In this document: one piece after another, positions 39,131-51,750 of the stretch
Numbering within the stretch: the stretch's first letter is position 1
How the letters are laid out: each line of letters starts with the position of its first letter
DNA from: Paramecium tetraurelia
Lineage: Eukaryota
Assembly (NCBI GenBank): GCA_000165425.1
Contig: CT868429.1
Location: 447,337 to 511,336, forward strand
Reading direction: 5' to 3'
DNA: 64,000 nucleotides
Translations under genes and position numbers: made by a program
The notes under the pieces: model-generated
Database searches by the model: none
Seen by the model: the letters and a program-made list of their open reading frames with translations, nothing else
Told to the model about the DNA's origin: nothing

Positions 39131-39690
39131 TCACTTCTTCTTTTTTTTTGCTTTAAGTTTAGCAGCCTTAGCTTTGGCTACTTGTAAATCTTCATACTTT
39201 TTCTTAACATAATCCACATATTTGCACATTCCACTATCATCTGGGTCCATTTCCTTGAGAATATCCTTGACATCCTGAGCAGTCATCTTTTCTCCCATTT
39301 CCATTAAAATATATCTCATCTCAGCAGTTGGGACTGTGCCAGTGCTATCAACATCAAAAACGCGAAACGACTAAAATAGTTCATATAAACGGATGTGCAT
39401 ACTGCCATTAATTCATCTATGGTATCATCGTCTTTGACTGCTACAGTTAATTTTTTCATCATTTGCAAGAAATCTATTGTGCCTGCTGATTCAGGATCCA
39501 ATTCTTTCATGTAATTGTCTAACTCTTCATCTGTAGGGTCTTGGCCCAAATATTTCAAGATATTCCCTAGAAAAGGTAACTTGTGATGAATAGTACCTAA
39601 TTCCTTTGTTGACACAGTGCCTTTGTTATCAGTATCAAACTAATCGAAAGCTTCCTTGATGTCTTTCATTCTCTTTTCAGCAGGATCCAT
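39131..39690 (-). CDS. Calmodulin-like four-EF-hand protein with polybasic C-terminus
   Basis: MDPAEKRMKDIKEAFDQFDTDNKGTVSTKELGNILKYLGQDPTDEEL...FRVFDVDSTGTVPTAEMRYIL...MDPDDSG...AKAKAAKLKAKKKK-TGA. Introns of 30 and 32 nt. Confidence 0.9.
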
Positions 39691-39839
39691 AGAGTAATGA
39701 ATGTTTGAAGAATAAATTAAAATTATTATAACAAAATATACATATAAAGAATAAGTATAATTTCATATAAAAAATAGTCTTCTTATTATAAATTCTAGAA
39801 TATTTCGAACACATCACTATTATTAAATTTAAAATCTGT

Positions 39840-41109
39840 ATGAAAGGCATCTGCTGTTTACTTATTTTTTCTTTGGTAGCCACTTAAAGCTTTGCTCTGT
39901 ATGAGGCAGATTCAAAGGTCGTCAAATTGACAAAAGACAATTTCAAGACATTAGTACTTGAATCGAATGAACCATGGTTGGTTGAATTCTATGCACCTTG
40001 GTGTGGACATTGCAAAGCTCTAGCTCCAGAATACAATAAGGCAGCCAAAGCTTTGGATGGAATAGTACATATCGGAGCCTTGGATATGACTACAGATGGT
40101 GAAGCTGGATAACCATATGGTGTTAATGGATATCCAACAATCAAATATTTCGGAGTAAACAAGGGTGACCCAATTGCCTACGAAGGGGAAAGAAAGAAGA
40201 ATGCAATAATTGATTACCTTTTGGATAAAGCAAGAGAATTTGCATTAAATAGATTGGGTGTGGAGATCAAACCAGAACCCTCAAATGATGATTCAAAAGT
40301 AGTTGTTTTGACAGATGCCGACTTCGATGAATAAGTGCTCTCTAGTTAGGAGGCCTGGTTCGTTGAATTCTATGCTCCTTGGTGTGGTCATTGTAAATAA
40401 CTATAACCTGAATGGAATAAGTTATCTCATTAAGCAGATATCCCCATTGCCAAAGTCGATGCAACTGCCCAAAAAGAATTGGCATCGAAATTTAACATTG
40501 AATCTTATCCAACCATTTATTTCTTCCCAGCTGGAAACAAACAAAACACACATAAAAAGTATGAAGGAGAAAGAAATGCTGCTGCCCTATTGAAATACAT
40601 CAAAGAATAGAAACCAATCGATGGATAATCACAAAAGGCTGGCTCTGATGTCGTTAACATCAAATCAGATGACAGCTTAAATGAAGTTTGCAAATGTATC
40701 CCTATTCTCTAATATAAAAGAACTTTGTGTCTTGGGATTCTTACCAACTGATAAAGTCGAACAGGAAGATGGCGTCCAAGTCTTAAAGAAGGTACTATCA
40801 TCCCTTTATAATTTTAGACTGCCTTATCCCTCACAGGAAGAGCTAATGTTGGTTGGTTCGTTGGTGAACAATTCGATGATTTCGAAGCTGAACTTAATGT
40901 AATTGGTGAAGGGTAAAATTCCTCATTAATTTTTTAGATATCCCTAAGTTGTTGTCTTGGATTTGAGTGCTAAAAAACATTATAGATTTAGAAGACAATT
41001 GACTGTTGACAATTTGAATGAATTTGTTAAGGGAGTCATCAAGAAAACTGAAACTGGACAATCATTCTCTAATTTACCTAAATTGAATGCTCAAAAAACA
41101 GATCTGTGA
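39840..41109 (+). CDS. PDIA6: Protein disulfide isomerase, P5/PDIA6-like
   Basis: Signal peptide, two [12 protein letters not shown] thioredoxin sites, a non-catalytic b domain, and C-terminal KTDL (KDEL-like). Confidence 0.92.
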
Positions 41110-41763
41110 TGTATATTATTAAGTCAAGATATATTGTCATTCTTAAATCATTTCAATTTTATTATGTTACTTATTATTTTCTGACTCATTCCCCATTAAG
41201 TTAAATTCTAATTTTGTGACTTGTCCACAATTATACTCTAACAGTTAAACATATTAATCTCAAAAAAGATGATTGAAACTATTTGACTAATTCTTCAATC
41301 TTTCTTTCTGCCCTTATTTTGATTTTCCATCCTATCCCCAATACAAATTTATTCTACTATTTAATTACAACTGAACTGAATTGATCAAAGATATTAATAT
41401 AAGCTTGTCTGAATTATTTTGAATAAGGCTAACTAATTCATTTTGACCTAAATATGTTGGAATACACTTATATACAATTTTTTACTGGAATAAATATTGA
41501 TAAAAAAATTTAGCTTTTTAGTACGCAGCATATTCTAAAAAAAATAGAGCTTGTTGTGGGAGCAAATTGGAATTGAATATATTGATAAAGCAAGTGCTCT
41601 TTTAGTACTCTTTAAGCCTTGATGCCTGAGTCAATTCAGATTTCTCAAATAATGCTCAAGTATTTATGATTCTATTGATAAAATATTAGCCTAATTGCAA
41701 ATCACACTTAATGAGTATAATTTTATAACAATTTTTCTATTTCTCTAATGAAAAATAAAAATA

Positions 41764-42150
41764 ATGCAAAATATTGATATAATCAGAGCAAAGAATAGAA
41801 AATCAGATGTCACCAACGTTAGTGGTTTTCAGTCTTCAACGCAAAAGACTATGCTAAATGAATACTCACTTCCATAAATTAATATCATTGTACATTCATT
41901 TGAACCTAAATTGCAGAATCTAGTTAAAGCAGATGGGGATTAAACAGATATCAACCCTGAAACAGACAGAGTAACAAAAAGATAAAATCCAAGAATTGAT
42001 ATGTTCAAAAATGAAATTGTTAAAGGCTAGAAAATTCACAAGATTGCATTTCGAGATCAAATTGTTGGAGAATCTCTAATTTAAATCAAGTACTTCAATA
42101 AAGAACCCTAAGAAGATCTTGATGAATGTTGTCCTTGCAATATTTTTTGA
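41764..42150 (+). CDS. Small protein with KIAF (RVxF-like) motif and C-terminal CaaX
   Basis: MQNIDIIRAK...PRIDMFKNEIVKGQKIHKIAFRDQIVGESLIQI...DECCPCNIF-TGA. Confidence 0.72.
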
Positions 42151-42260
42151 TTTAATAGATTGCTCTTTTATGTGTTTAGGTCTTGAATAATTAATTTACT
42201 TTTTATCGATTTTTTTGATATCTTATTAAATATTAAAATCATTAATGTATATATATATAT

Positions 42261-43510
42261 TCAAGATTGTAAAAATTTGTGACACATCAACAATCCTAAG
42301 AAATCACCTTTTTCCTTTACAAAATTCTTGTTATTAGTATCATTATAATAATCTCCAAAACTTCTATTGCCTTCACTTGATTAAATTCCACTTATAAATA
42401 ATAAAATTTATTAAGATGTGTATTCTGGATGAGATTACATGCCAAATATTCTCAAATCTTCAGAAATAAATATTTCATTTTCAGCTGTTTTAGATGATCC
42501 ATAATTAATAAATTTCTCAGGTAATTTAGTAACTATGTCACCATGAGCTTTATTAATTATTACGCTATCGATCTAAGTTAATTCTTTGAAACATTCAATC
42601 TAGAAAAAGTCATTCTTAATTGCAACTTTCTCATTTCCATAATAATAAAATCCTTTGTGCTTGATTCTATTTTTGCACGGTACAACAGTTCCTCCAAATG
42701 CTTAAGCAAGCAATTAAAATCCAAAGCAAATTCCCATAATTTTTATTTGAGTATGATTTTCATACACATTCAAAATAAAATTTTACAAACTACGAATCCA
42801 AGGCTTTTCATCATAAGCAGAACTTGTGCTGCCTGGTATTATTATAACATTTGCTTACTTAAGAGTACCCTCATCTGGATAACTTCCTTAAGTAACATTA
42901 TACCATAGCCATCTCTCTTATTTCCTTCTATATATCCCATTAAATAAACCAACAGTGTCGATGTACATCTTAGGAGCATGATATCTTCCTTAATCAAAGT
43001 CTTTCACACAGAGAAAAATGATAGTTCGATAATATTTTAGGTGCAATCCCTCGAGGATAACTTATTCGATCGTGTGTTTTTTATTCAATTCTCTTCGGCT
43101 ATTGAAACTAAAGAAATTCAAATCTTAGTCCGTTAATTCAATTATGTAGTATGTATGATCTTCGATCTCCCACATAGGGGCAGTTGTAAAGTACCTGGTC
43201 CAAAGGTAAAAATAGGGATTCCTATATATTTCGAGTTCCTAAGAAATTAATGAAAGAATTATACCCTAATATAGTTGTAACTGTCCTTAGCTTAAAAGTA
43301 AGCTTCCCAATTGATTATTTTCTCAAAGTCATGAGTATTTAAACTAGTTTTTGTTATATCTACTGATCCAAATTTGTTAATTAAAAGCTTTGCAGCAGCT
43401 ATTGCACAAGAATTTCCATCTGATTCTAATACTGCACAGTTTAAATTTTATTGAGAATTTATCAGCAATTGCTGGCCTATATGGAAGATGAGGCTGACTT
43501 TTATTTACAT
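42261..43510 (-). CDS. Class I glutamine amidotransferase-like protein with an unassigned N-terminal domain
   Basis: IIIPGSTSSAYDEKPWI, KIMGICFGFQLLAQAFGG (catalytic Cys), KAHGDIVTKLP, FGMQSHPEY (His-Glu). About 170 extra N-terminal residues. Confidence 0.85.
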
Positions 43511-44526
43511 TTTAAAGTATTATTAATGAATTTTGGTAATGTCAAATGAGTTTAGAATTCAATATTTCATGCTAATTGCTTACGAAATACATTTTGACAA
43601 TTATCAATTATATAAATATTATTTACGTATTTCGTTACGAATTAAAATAACAATTATTTATATCATTTTATTAAATAATTATATTTACAATTTATATCAT
43701 TTCTAACAAGGTACAAGTTTCTTTATTGTATTTTCAGATGTCTTAATATAAATTTGTGCTCCAATAATTATAAATTAATTGAATTAGTTATTATAAGGTC
43801 TTGAATTAACTAAGATATTTTTGTTTCACTAAAAATAGTTATACTTATCGATGTTTAGAATTATTATTAATTAATTACTAATAGATATCTTTATACATTT
43901 TATAATATAAGATTAACTAAGAAGAATATATTATTTGGAAGCATAATTGTATTGACTCTTTCATGAAATTATTTCTAATTTTTTCATAACTAAGAATCTT
44001 AATTTATACTTAGTGCTTATCTCTTCAATTCAAATTATCATACAAATTTATAGATTAATCCTGATAATGGTTTAATTCTCAAAATCAGGAGTGAATATAG
44101 ATAGAATAACGAAATGAAGTTTAAAATACAATAATTTAATATAGATTTCTGATGCTCTTCTCTTTATATAGGTTATCAATCATCCATCAAACATCTATTA
44201 AATTATTTTGTAACATATTCATTAGGTTTATTTTATAAGTTTCATTGTATTTTTCAAAATATCTTATATATTATTATTTGATATATTTTTCTAAGTGTAA
44301 ATAAATAATGAACCTATTTGATAGAATTTATATTAAAGTCACCATTAGAAGTATATTTTAATTACAACATTTAGAAATCAAAATTTTTCTGACGTATTTG
44401 AATTGATAGCACAAAAACAAGAAATATCAATATAATATATTAATATCATTTATGATTGCATCATTAATAGACTCAATGATTAATTAAATTATATATATAT
44501 ATATATAAACCCAAAATGATTAAATT

Positions 44527-45503
44527 TCAATGTTTATGTTTTTTTTTGTTCTTTTTCTTATTAGTTTACTCTTTATTCTAATCTGATTGTTATTATTGAT
44601 CATGTTATAATTCCTATTCCTATTGTTATTGTTATTTTTAGATTCTATATTACTTTTGCTCTTACGACAGTATATTTTGTTCTATTGATGAAATGTTTGA
44701 TTATGTAATAATGTGATTATATTACTATGATTATTCAATTTTCTTGATTTTACTACCTTATTTGCCTGCTATTTTGAATCCAAACAATGTCGGTTCAAAA
44801 TCTACTTAGATTTATGTATCTGGCAATAATTAAAACTTTGGATGAAGATCGGGATAGGTCTAGATAGAAATTATGAAATTATTACCATTAATAAATATTG
44901 AGGAAATGATTTTCCAAAATATGCTCCATCTATATCAGCACATTTCTTTTTTGGCATGTAAACTTCTTCACATCTTGGACAAAATACCTAATTAGATTAT
45001 GATGAAGAACTTTGATTCTTGCAGTTTTGAGATCTTCACATAATCCAATAGGTATCACATTGTGCTTTTCACAATATATTCGAGGGCAATGACCAAATTT
45101 TCCTTATAAAAATCGTTCGCGCATGATTGCAGATCCTTTGGATGTAAATATGAATCGAGCATGAAGTAAACCATAAATGTCAGATGCCTCCTAATAAACT
45201 TCTAAAAATCTTTTGTGATGTAAAATAAGAAAACCTTTCATCTTCCAAGTCTTAATCTTCAGGAGAAGTAGGCTATAAAATCATGCTAATGGCTTCACTA
45301 GAATTATTAGTAGTCATTCATACTTAAAGAAGTTGAATTTTCCTTTGATTCCAATTAAATTGAAAGGATCGCGAATAAAATCCTCATCCACTTCACACAA
45401 AAATTGATGATCCTCATGTGCACAAAACCATTCTATCCAACCTCCTGGATGTTCTGAATATTATGATTCCTCTTCCTATAAACTTTGATGATTTACCAGA
45501 CAT
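44527..45503 (-). CDS. CSNK2B: Casein kinase II regulatory (beta) subunit
   Basis: WIEWFCAHEDHQFLCEVDEDFIRDPFNLIGI...IYGLLHARFIFT...FGHCPRIYC...FCPRCEEVY...IDGAYFGKSFP...FGFKI. Q-rich basic tail. Confidence 0.95.
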
Positions 45504-45657
45504 CTTCCAAATATTTAGTTAAAATAAAAGATTTTTATAAATGTTAATAAATGGATAAAATATTTATTAAATCATCAGAATCTCAAAAATAAATGAATAG
45601 TGAAATGATTTTAAAATTGCTAATTTGCTTAATTAACATATATAAATTATGATTCCA

Positions 45658-46683
45658 TCAAATTTATTTCATCTGTCTGAATTTTTCTGAAAGTGCCAAT
45701 GTCTTTTGATACTTTCTCCTACTCTAAAAGTATTGGTTAGCCTCTAATCGATAACAGAATTGAATTACAATCTTCGTAGTCTCCATTTGTTTCAGATTCC
45801 AATAGTTTATCAGATATTTCATCATATTTTTCACAAATTTGCTAGAATAAAGTATTCACTTTTGAGTCTTGAAATCTTTCACTCAATGCCCTACTTCTAT
45901 TTTATAATTATATATAGTTGTCTTTCTCGTCCTCAAGTAATCTATTTCTATTTTGCAATCTTTCAATTTTTGTTTTGATTTCTTTATCATTTGCCTCAAT
46001 CAAATCTAGTTTTATATATTGTATAGTCTTACCAGCAACAATCTCATTTTATTAAGCATACTAAAGCATTTATTCTTTCAAGTTCTTTAATTCTTGGGTT
46101 TGAGACAGTTATGCCTTTAAAGTCTATAGTTTTTCATCTGAACTAATCCATTGTTGGTATTCCGAGGGTTAAATAAGAGGCAAAATCTAAGGCAATGGCA
46201 TATTTTTAATTCTATTTACACTTTCATCTATATGGAAAAGATTAATAAATTCTGAATAATTTTTAATAATTGGACTATGCTTATATTAATAAGGTGTACT
46301 TGCTTAAAATTTTAGAGTGAAGTTCCAATTAATCTTAGATCGCACGAACTAAACTTAGATGACTTGAATTATTATTCCACTAATAAAATTTTGTGTAATC
46401 ATATGGAGCGTTATTGAGTGAACAAGTAGGAGGTATACCAATATTATAATTCTAATCACTAAAATAGAGCATTACTATACATTCTTATTTAGAAATTCCT
46501 TAGCATTACAATCGCTGATTGCGTATACTCATTAGGTGCTTTGACAATTTAATATTAGAATTCTTTTGCCAACGTTTGAAATAAGTCTTTTGATTGCAAA
46601 TTCCCCTATTGCTATTATTATCCGTAAATATTTCCTACATATGGGGCACCCATATATCCCTTTGGTTAGCTCTAATTGTTCAT
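45658..46683 (-). CDS. VPS37-like ESCRT-I subunit (tentative)
   Basis: Coiled coil followed by a Mod(r)-like end YDEISDKLLESETNGDYE..ANQYFQSRRKYQKTLALSEKFRQMKQI-TGA. Several introns; exon structure partly uncertain. Confidence 0.5.
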
Positions 46684-47599
46684 TTAATTATTTATGTTCA
46701 AAATTATAAAGAATTTGAGTTTTCTATAAAAACATTTGAAAAAATCAATTTATAATTCTTAAAATAACAACATTGTAAGTATGTAGGGCATACTTTTATC
46801 TGAATCGCTTTTTTAAGAAAATTAATATATCGAATAATACATTAATGCACCTTTTTTAACTTAATTATGAATCAAAGCAAATTTTTAGTCTAAAATATAC
46901 ATCCAAAACAAACTTTTTTAAACAATTTAAAATTTAAAATATTAACTCGCTAGTTACTAGATGAGTAAATATATATACTGCTTGATTTGAGAATTGATTA
47001 ATAATAGAGAATTTAGATTACAAAAATTTCGTCTTATTAATTTGTCTATATTAGCTATTTTGTATCCTAATTGATACTACAATAGGGCTATTATAAATGC
47101 TCCTAATGTGTATAGTTAGATGATCGAATTAAAAATACAAATTAAATCAAGATATCGCTTTAATTAATCGCTGTAGTCTAAAAAATAAATCATTTAAATA
47201 AATTTTTAAGTCCAAATTTAAGTAGGAATCTCTTAAACCAGGTATCATGTCATAAAATCGAAAGATTTACTTAATTTATGATGGAAATTTCTTAATTAAT
47301 TTTCCTTCATTTATTTCTCCTTAATTAACTATTCCAAAAACGAATGAAAATTTGTAGAATTGCTAAAATATCAATATAATTATTTTAAAAAGTACATTTA
47401 ATTGAAAATGTTTCCAAAAGGATTTAAACAATAATAAATTAATGAAATAATTCATAATTCTTTAATATTTGTACTTCAAATGATAGATCAAAAGGAATAA
47501 AATATACATACTCTAAAGCAATATTTTTGTTCCTAAATCATTGTTAAATAATTAAAAAATAATTTCTTGAAATTTGATTATCAATAAATTAATATATAT

Positions 47600-48650
47600 A
47601 TGTTTAAGAAAATTATTTAAGGCTTTTCAAAATATTCCCACAGGTCAACCATTCCAAGTTTACTTAAAGATCCTAGATATACCAGACGTGGTATATCAAA
47701 ACCAAAAGGAGAAACCAGAATGCTAAGAAAACCTTCAATACCTGATAATATTCCAAATGCTCATCTTTATTATGATCATACCAAATTTATTGAGAATTAA
47801 AAAAACAACCCTCCTACATTAGTACTTATTTCAATATTTATAAGAAATATGAATCTACAGATTTAGAATTCAATTTGAGTATACTTAATAATGACACATA
47901 TGTTCACACTTAAGATTTTAAACTTTGGAAGGCTATGAAGTAATTGAATATTCATCATCCAACTGAAGTCAAGAAGAATTGGGAATTATTTGATAGAGCT
48001 TATAGAGTAATATTAGACAACGCAAGATATTTGGATATTTACAATTTCAGATCATTCACCCAAGTTTCATAGCAATATTATTTTGATGATGAAAAAGTAT
48101 GGACAACATTATACAGAATTTCAATTCAATTTTTTGTTGGTTGGGAACACTAGCAAACTCCATTATTGAGTAAATTAATTGAAAAGTAAAAAATTAAATA
48201 AATGATTTAGAACTCATTAACAATCATTTTTATTCAGCTTCAATATAATAATGTAATAGGCCAGACGATTCAAAGTTGATGTATCTAATGTTATAATTCA
48301 TTTTGATTATTTGATGAGAAACCATTTAAGATTTTCTAAAATTGTATTAATCTAAGGATTTATAATAGCATAGTCAAGAAGCTTATAATAAAGTGGAGAA
48401 TGTTGAGGACAAGAATCAATTAGGTAATTTCTTGTCTCATTTTGCTTTCTGCATTCAACAAAGAAAGGACATATTTAATGATGTGGATAAAGAAGTCAAG
48501 GAGAAATAGGTGGAGGAATTCTTGCATAAAGGATAGAAGCTTTGTTTAGAGTCATTTGACAAGCTCACTGCAGGGACAAAGAAAAACCTATTAAATTCTA
48601 TCACTCATGCCAGATATTAATATAAACCCTTGTTTGAGAAGTTAAAATGA
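47600..48650 (+). CDS. Hypothetical protein with probable mitochondrial presequence
   Basis: MFKKIIQGFSKYSHRSTIPSLLKDPRYTRR (basic, nearly acid-free start), helical body, several tiny introns, ends PLFEKLK-TGA. Confidence 0.7.
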
Positions 48651-48815
48651 GATTATCAAAAAATATAATTTATAATTGTTTTATCAATATAGGTCTTATT
48701 AATAAAAATGATTTCAAAATTAGAAAGGAATCTCATTAATTAATTTAAAATAATAAAATCTTATAATAAATATCTGGAAAATGATCTATATTCTTATTGA
48801 GTATTTTATAATTAA

Positions 48816-50486
48816 TCATTGTTAGTAATTTATAAATTATTTTTCTATCATTTAAATAAATGGTTTCATCATGTCATCTATTTATAAGGTAGTTAGAACC
48901 TTCATTTTAATAAGATCCAATTCCTTCAAATACTTTTATATGTAGGGTCCATCTGCTATGGCATAGCTAAAGTGTTTTAAATTAATATTAATAACTCCAG
49001 ATTGTAGAGTTCTTAAGAACAGTTCAAGTAAAATTAAAGTAACAGAATTAATTAACTCATTATCAGCATCTATTTTTAATTAACCAAATAATTCTTTAGC
49101 TTTAAAGATCAGTCCATAAAAGATTATATTTTTAATTAGAACAAATTCAAAAAAAACAATCTTTTTACACTCCTTCAACAAATATGAAAAATATTTTGAT
49201 ATCTAAAATCTTGACTTGATGATATCACTGTGATAATTTTATAATGGATAAAATCCTTCTTCTGATATAGAATTTATAAAGATGTAAAATTAATTTGAAA
49301 ACTTTTGATTTGTCAATTTCTACAAAATTTCTCTAACAATCTCTTCTGCTATTAATGGAATCATTATTTTATGCTATTTTTTCTCAGCTTTCTAAAGCTA
49401 TTATAATCGACTAAATTTGAATAAAATCTATTTTGCTATCACGTTGTTAACAAAAAATAACACCTCCTAATTTGCTTTTTAATAATTATTCTAATGATAA
49501 GAGTAACTGATTAACTAATACCTTTGTTGAGAAATTTTAGTTTATTTAATTAGACAAAAACAAAAAAACACAGTGGCAAATCCATACTTTATATTTTTAA
49601 TCCTCTTGTTTGTTAAAGATCTTTTTAAATCATAGATAGTATTCATTTAGATATTGGGTATCTTGATTAGATATTTCTCATACTAAGCTAATCTAAATTA
49701 TCTTAATGCTTCTTTATGAGGTTATAGCTTATCATTCTTTACAACAAACTAATCTAACTAGCTAATTATTTATTCTAAAGTTGGTGATTATTTTTGTTTA
49801 ATTTTATTGACTCTTGTTCTTGGTCGTAAATCTTAATCCTCATCACTTTCTAATAAATCAATTAAATTAGAATCATTTGTATTATTTATCATTTTAACAT
49901 CTGAATGAAATGCTTTAGGTTATGTGTACATAGGACTCTCCTAATTAAATATTTTAGGCAGTTTGGAAGGAGTGGGTATCTTTTTTTCAATTGTGACTAA
50001 TTCACTTAATAAAACAGATTAATTGGTAACTATTTTTTTTGAAGTATATGTATCTGATTAATTTTCTAAGAAAAATAGTTCCTTTTTAATTTGTTTAATT
50101 TAGTCAGAGAGTTTAGATTTTTACTCTTCCCAAATATGAATCTATTATTCAATCTAAAAGAAATGTTATTCAAAACTTGTTTTCGGATTTGTAATTTATG
50201 TTCTGAAGGATTAGTGTTTATTTAATTCAACATTAATTTTATCATACTCCTACTTCAATTGAGCCAATTTTTTGGAAAGATTATTGATATGGATCTGTTT
50301 TGGAATCGGTTTCTCAGGAATAGATTATGCACGTATTCTTTATTTCAATTGAGGTATTAATTCTTCTATAACTCTTCTTTCCTTCTCTTCGAAACCAAGG
50401 GATTTCTTTATTTTTTGAATGTGATCAGGAAGTTTGTGAAGACCATCACTTTTCCCAACAAATTAATAAGCTAAGTATTTATTCAT
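48816..50486 (-). CDS. Hypothetical protein
   Basis: Long code-6 frame MNKYLAYQFVGKSDGLHKLPDHIQKIKKSLGFEEKE...; ends NYQQ-TGA. Confidence 0.62.
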
Positions 50487-50578
50487 ATTATATTTTTATA
50501 ATATTTAATAAATAAATCATTAGAAGGTGTATTTTATTCTTCTTCTTTAATATTAATTTATAAATAGCACTTTATTCA

Positions 50579-51600
50579 TGATGTTGATTGATTTCATATC
50601 TACATCTAGATTTCATAAAAATATATAAGTTAACCAGACAAATAAATAGTTAAAATTCACGAAACTAAATTTCTTTCCCATTTTTAGTTATCGATTTAAT
50701 GGATTGAAGTCATTTGAAAATACAGTGTTTATTACATAAGTTGATGATAAAAACATTTTATATATAGAATATTATAAATTTAACTGTTAATGCAACTACG
50801 TTAAAGCAAGAGTAGGAAAAGCATTGATGATTAAGAAATTGGATAAAAGAAACAATAAAGCACAAGAAAATCAGTTGGGCAAAGCAAGGCTAATAGAAGT
50901 GTCTCCAAAGATAAAGAGAATCATAAAACCTAGACTCTATTAAAAAATAAAGCAAAAAATATAAGTGAAACATTCAAATTGAAGGATATTCTAAAACGTA
51001 AAGAATTGTATAAAGGAAATGAGGAATATGAAGATCTTACTGCAACTAGAGCAACACCTTAAAAAACAGAGGGTTAAACAAGTAATTCTCGATTTAGCAA
51101 TTGCAATTACAAACAAGAAATAATTGAAGATAATTTGAAGTAAATTATTTAGAAAATTGATTTAGCTTAAAATAAGAAATATTAGAACATTTAGAGAAAA
51201 TTCAATGCATAGTTCAAAAAAATGAAAGATATATGACTCATAGATCTTAACAAGAAATCAAACGCGAAAGTTTTATTAACTAAGAAAAATCTTCAAGGAA
51301 ATGCATAAATAAAGTTTCTGAATAAGATTAAAAAGAAGATGTAACAAATACGAGCAATATTTGTAATTTAAATTATATCATTCAACAACAATAATTTTAA
51401 ATATCAAATTTAAAGACTAAATTATTTTGTTAGGAATAACAATTCTTAGAAAAGTAATCAAAGTATGAGTAGGAAGTGTTGTAATTAAAAAACTAAATAT
51501 TATCATTAACAAGTGGAATGGAAATGTTGAAAGAATAAATACATTAACATTAATTTTAAAGGCAAGTAAATGTTCAAACAAAAAAATGAAATTTAGTTAC
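50579..51600 (+). pseudogene. Probable decayed gene of unknown family
   Basis: Purine-rich coding-like segments (e.g. FKLKDILKRKELYKGNEEYEDLTATRATPQK) interrupted by frame changes and TGA. Confidence 0.3.
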
Positions 51601-51750
51601 ATATTAATCAATATTGTTCAGATATCAATTATGAATTTATATTCTTTTGTAATTCTATGAAAAGTTTGTTAAGGCAAAATTTTATATATGAATAATTGTT
51701 ATAATCTATTATTAATAATTATAAAATAATTTTCTTTAATTTAAAGTGCC

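Noticed and set aside
46777..46795. aagtatg-taggg-catactt inverted repeat
   Set aside because: A 7-bp stem with no associated element; chance level.
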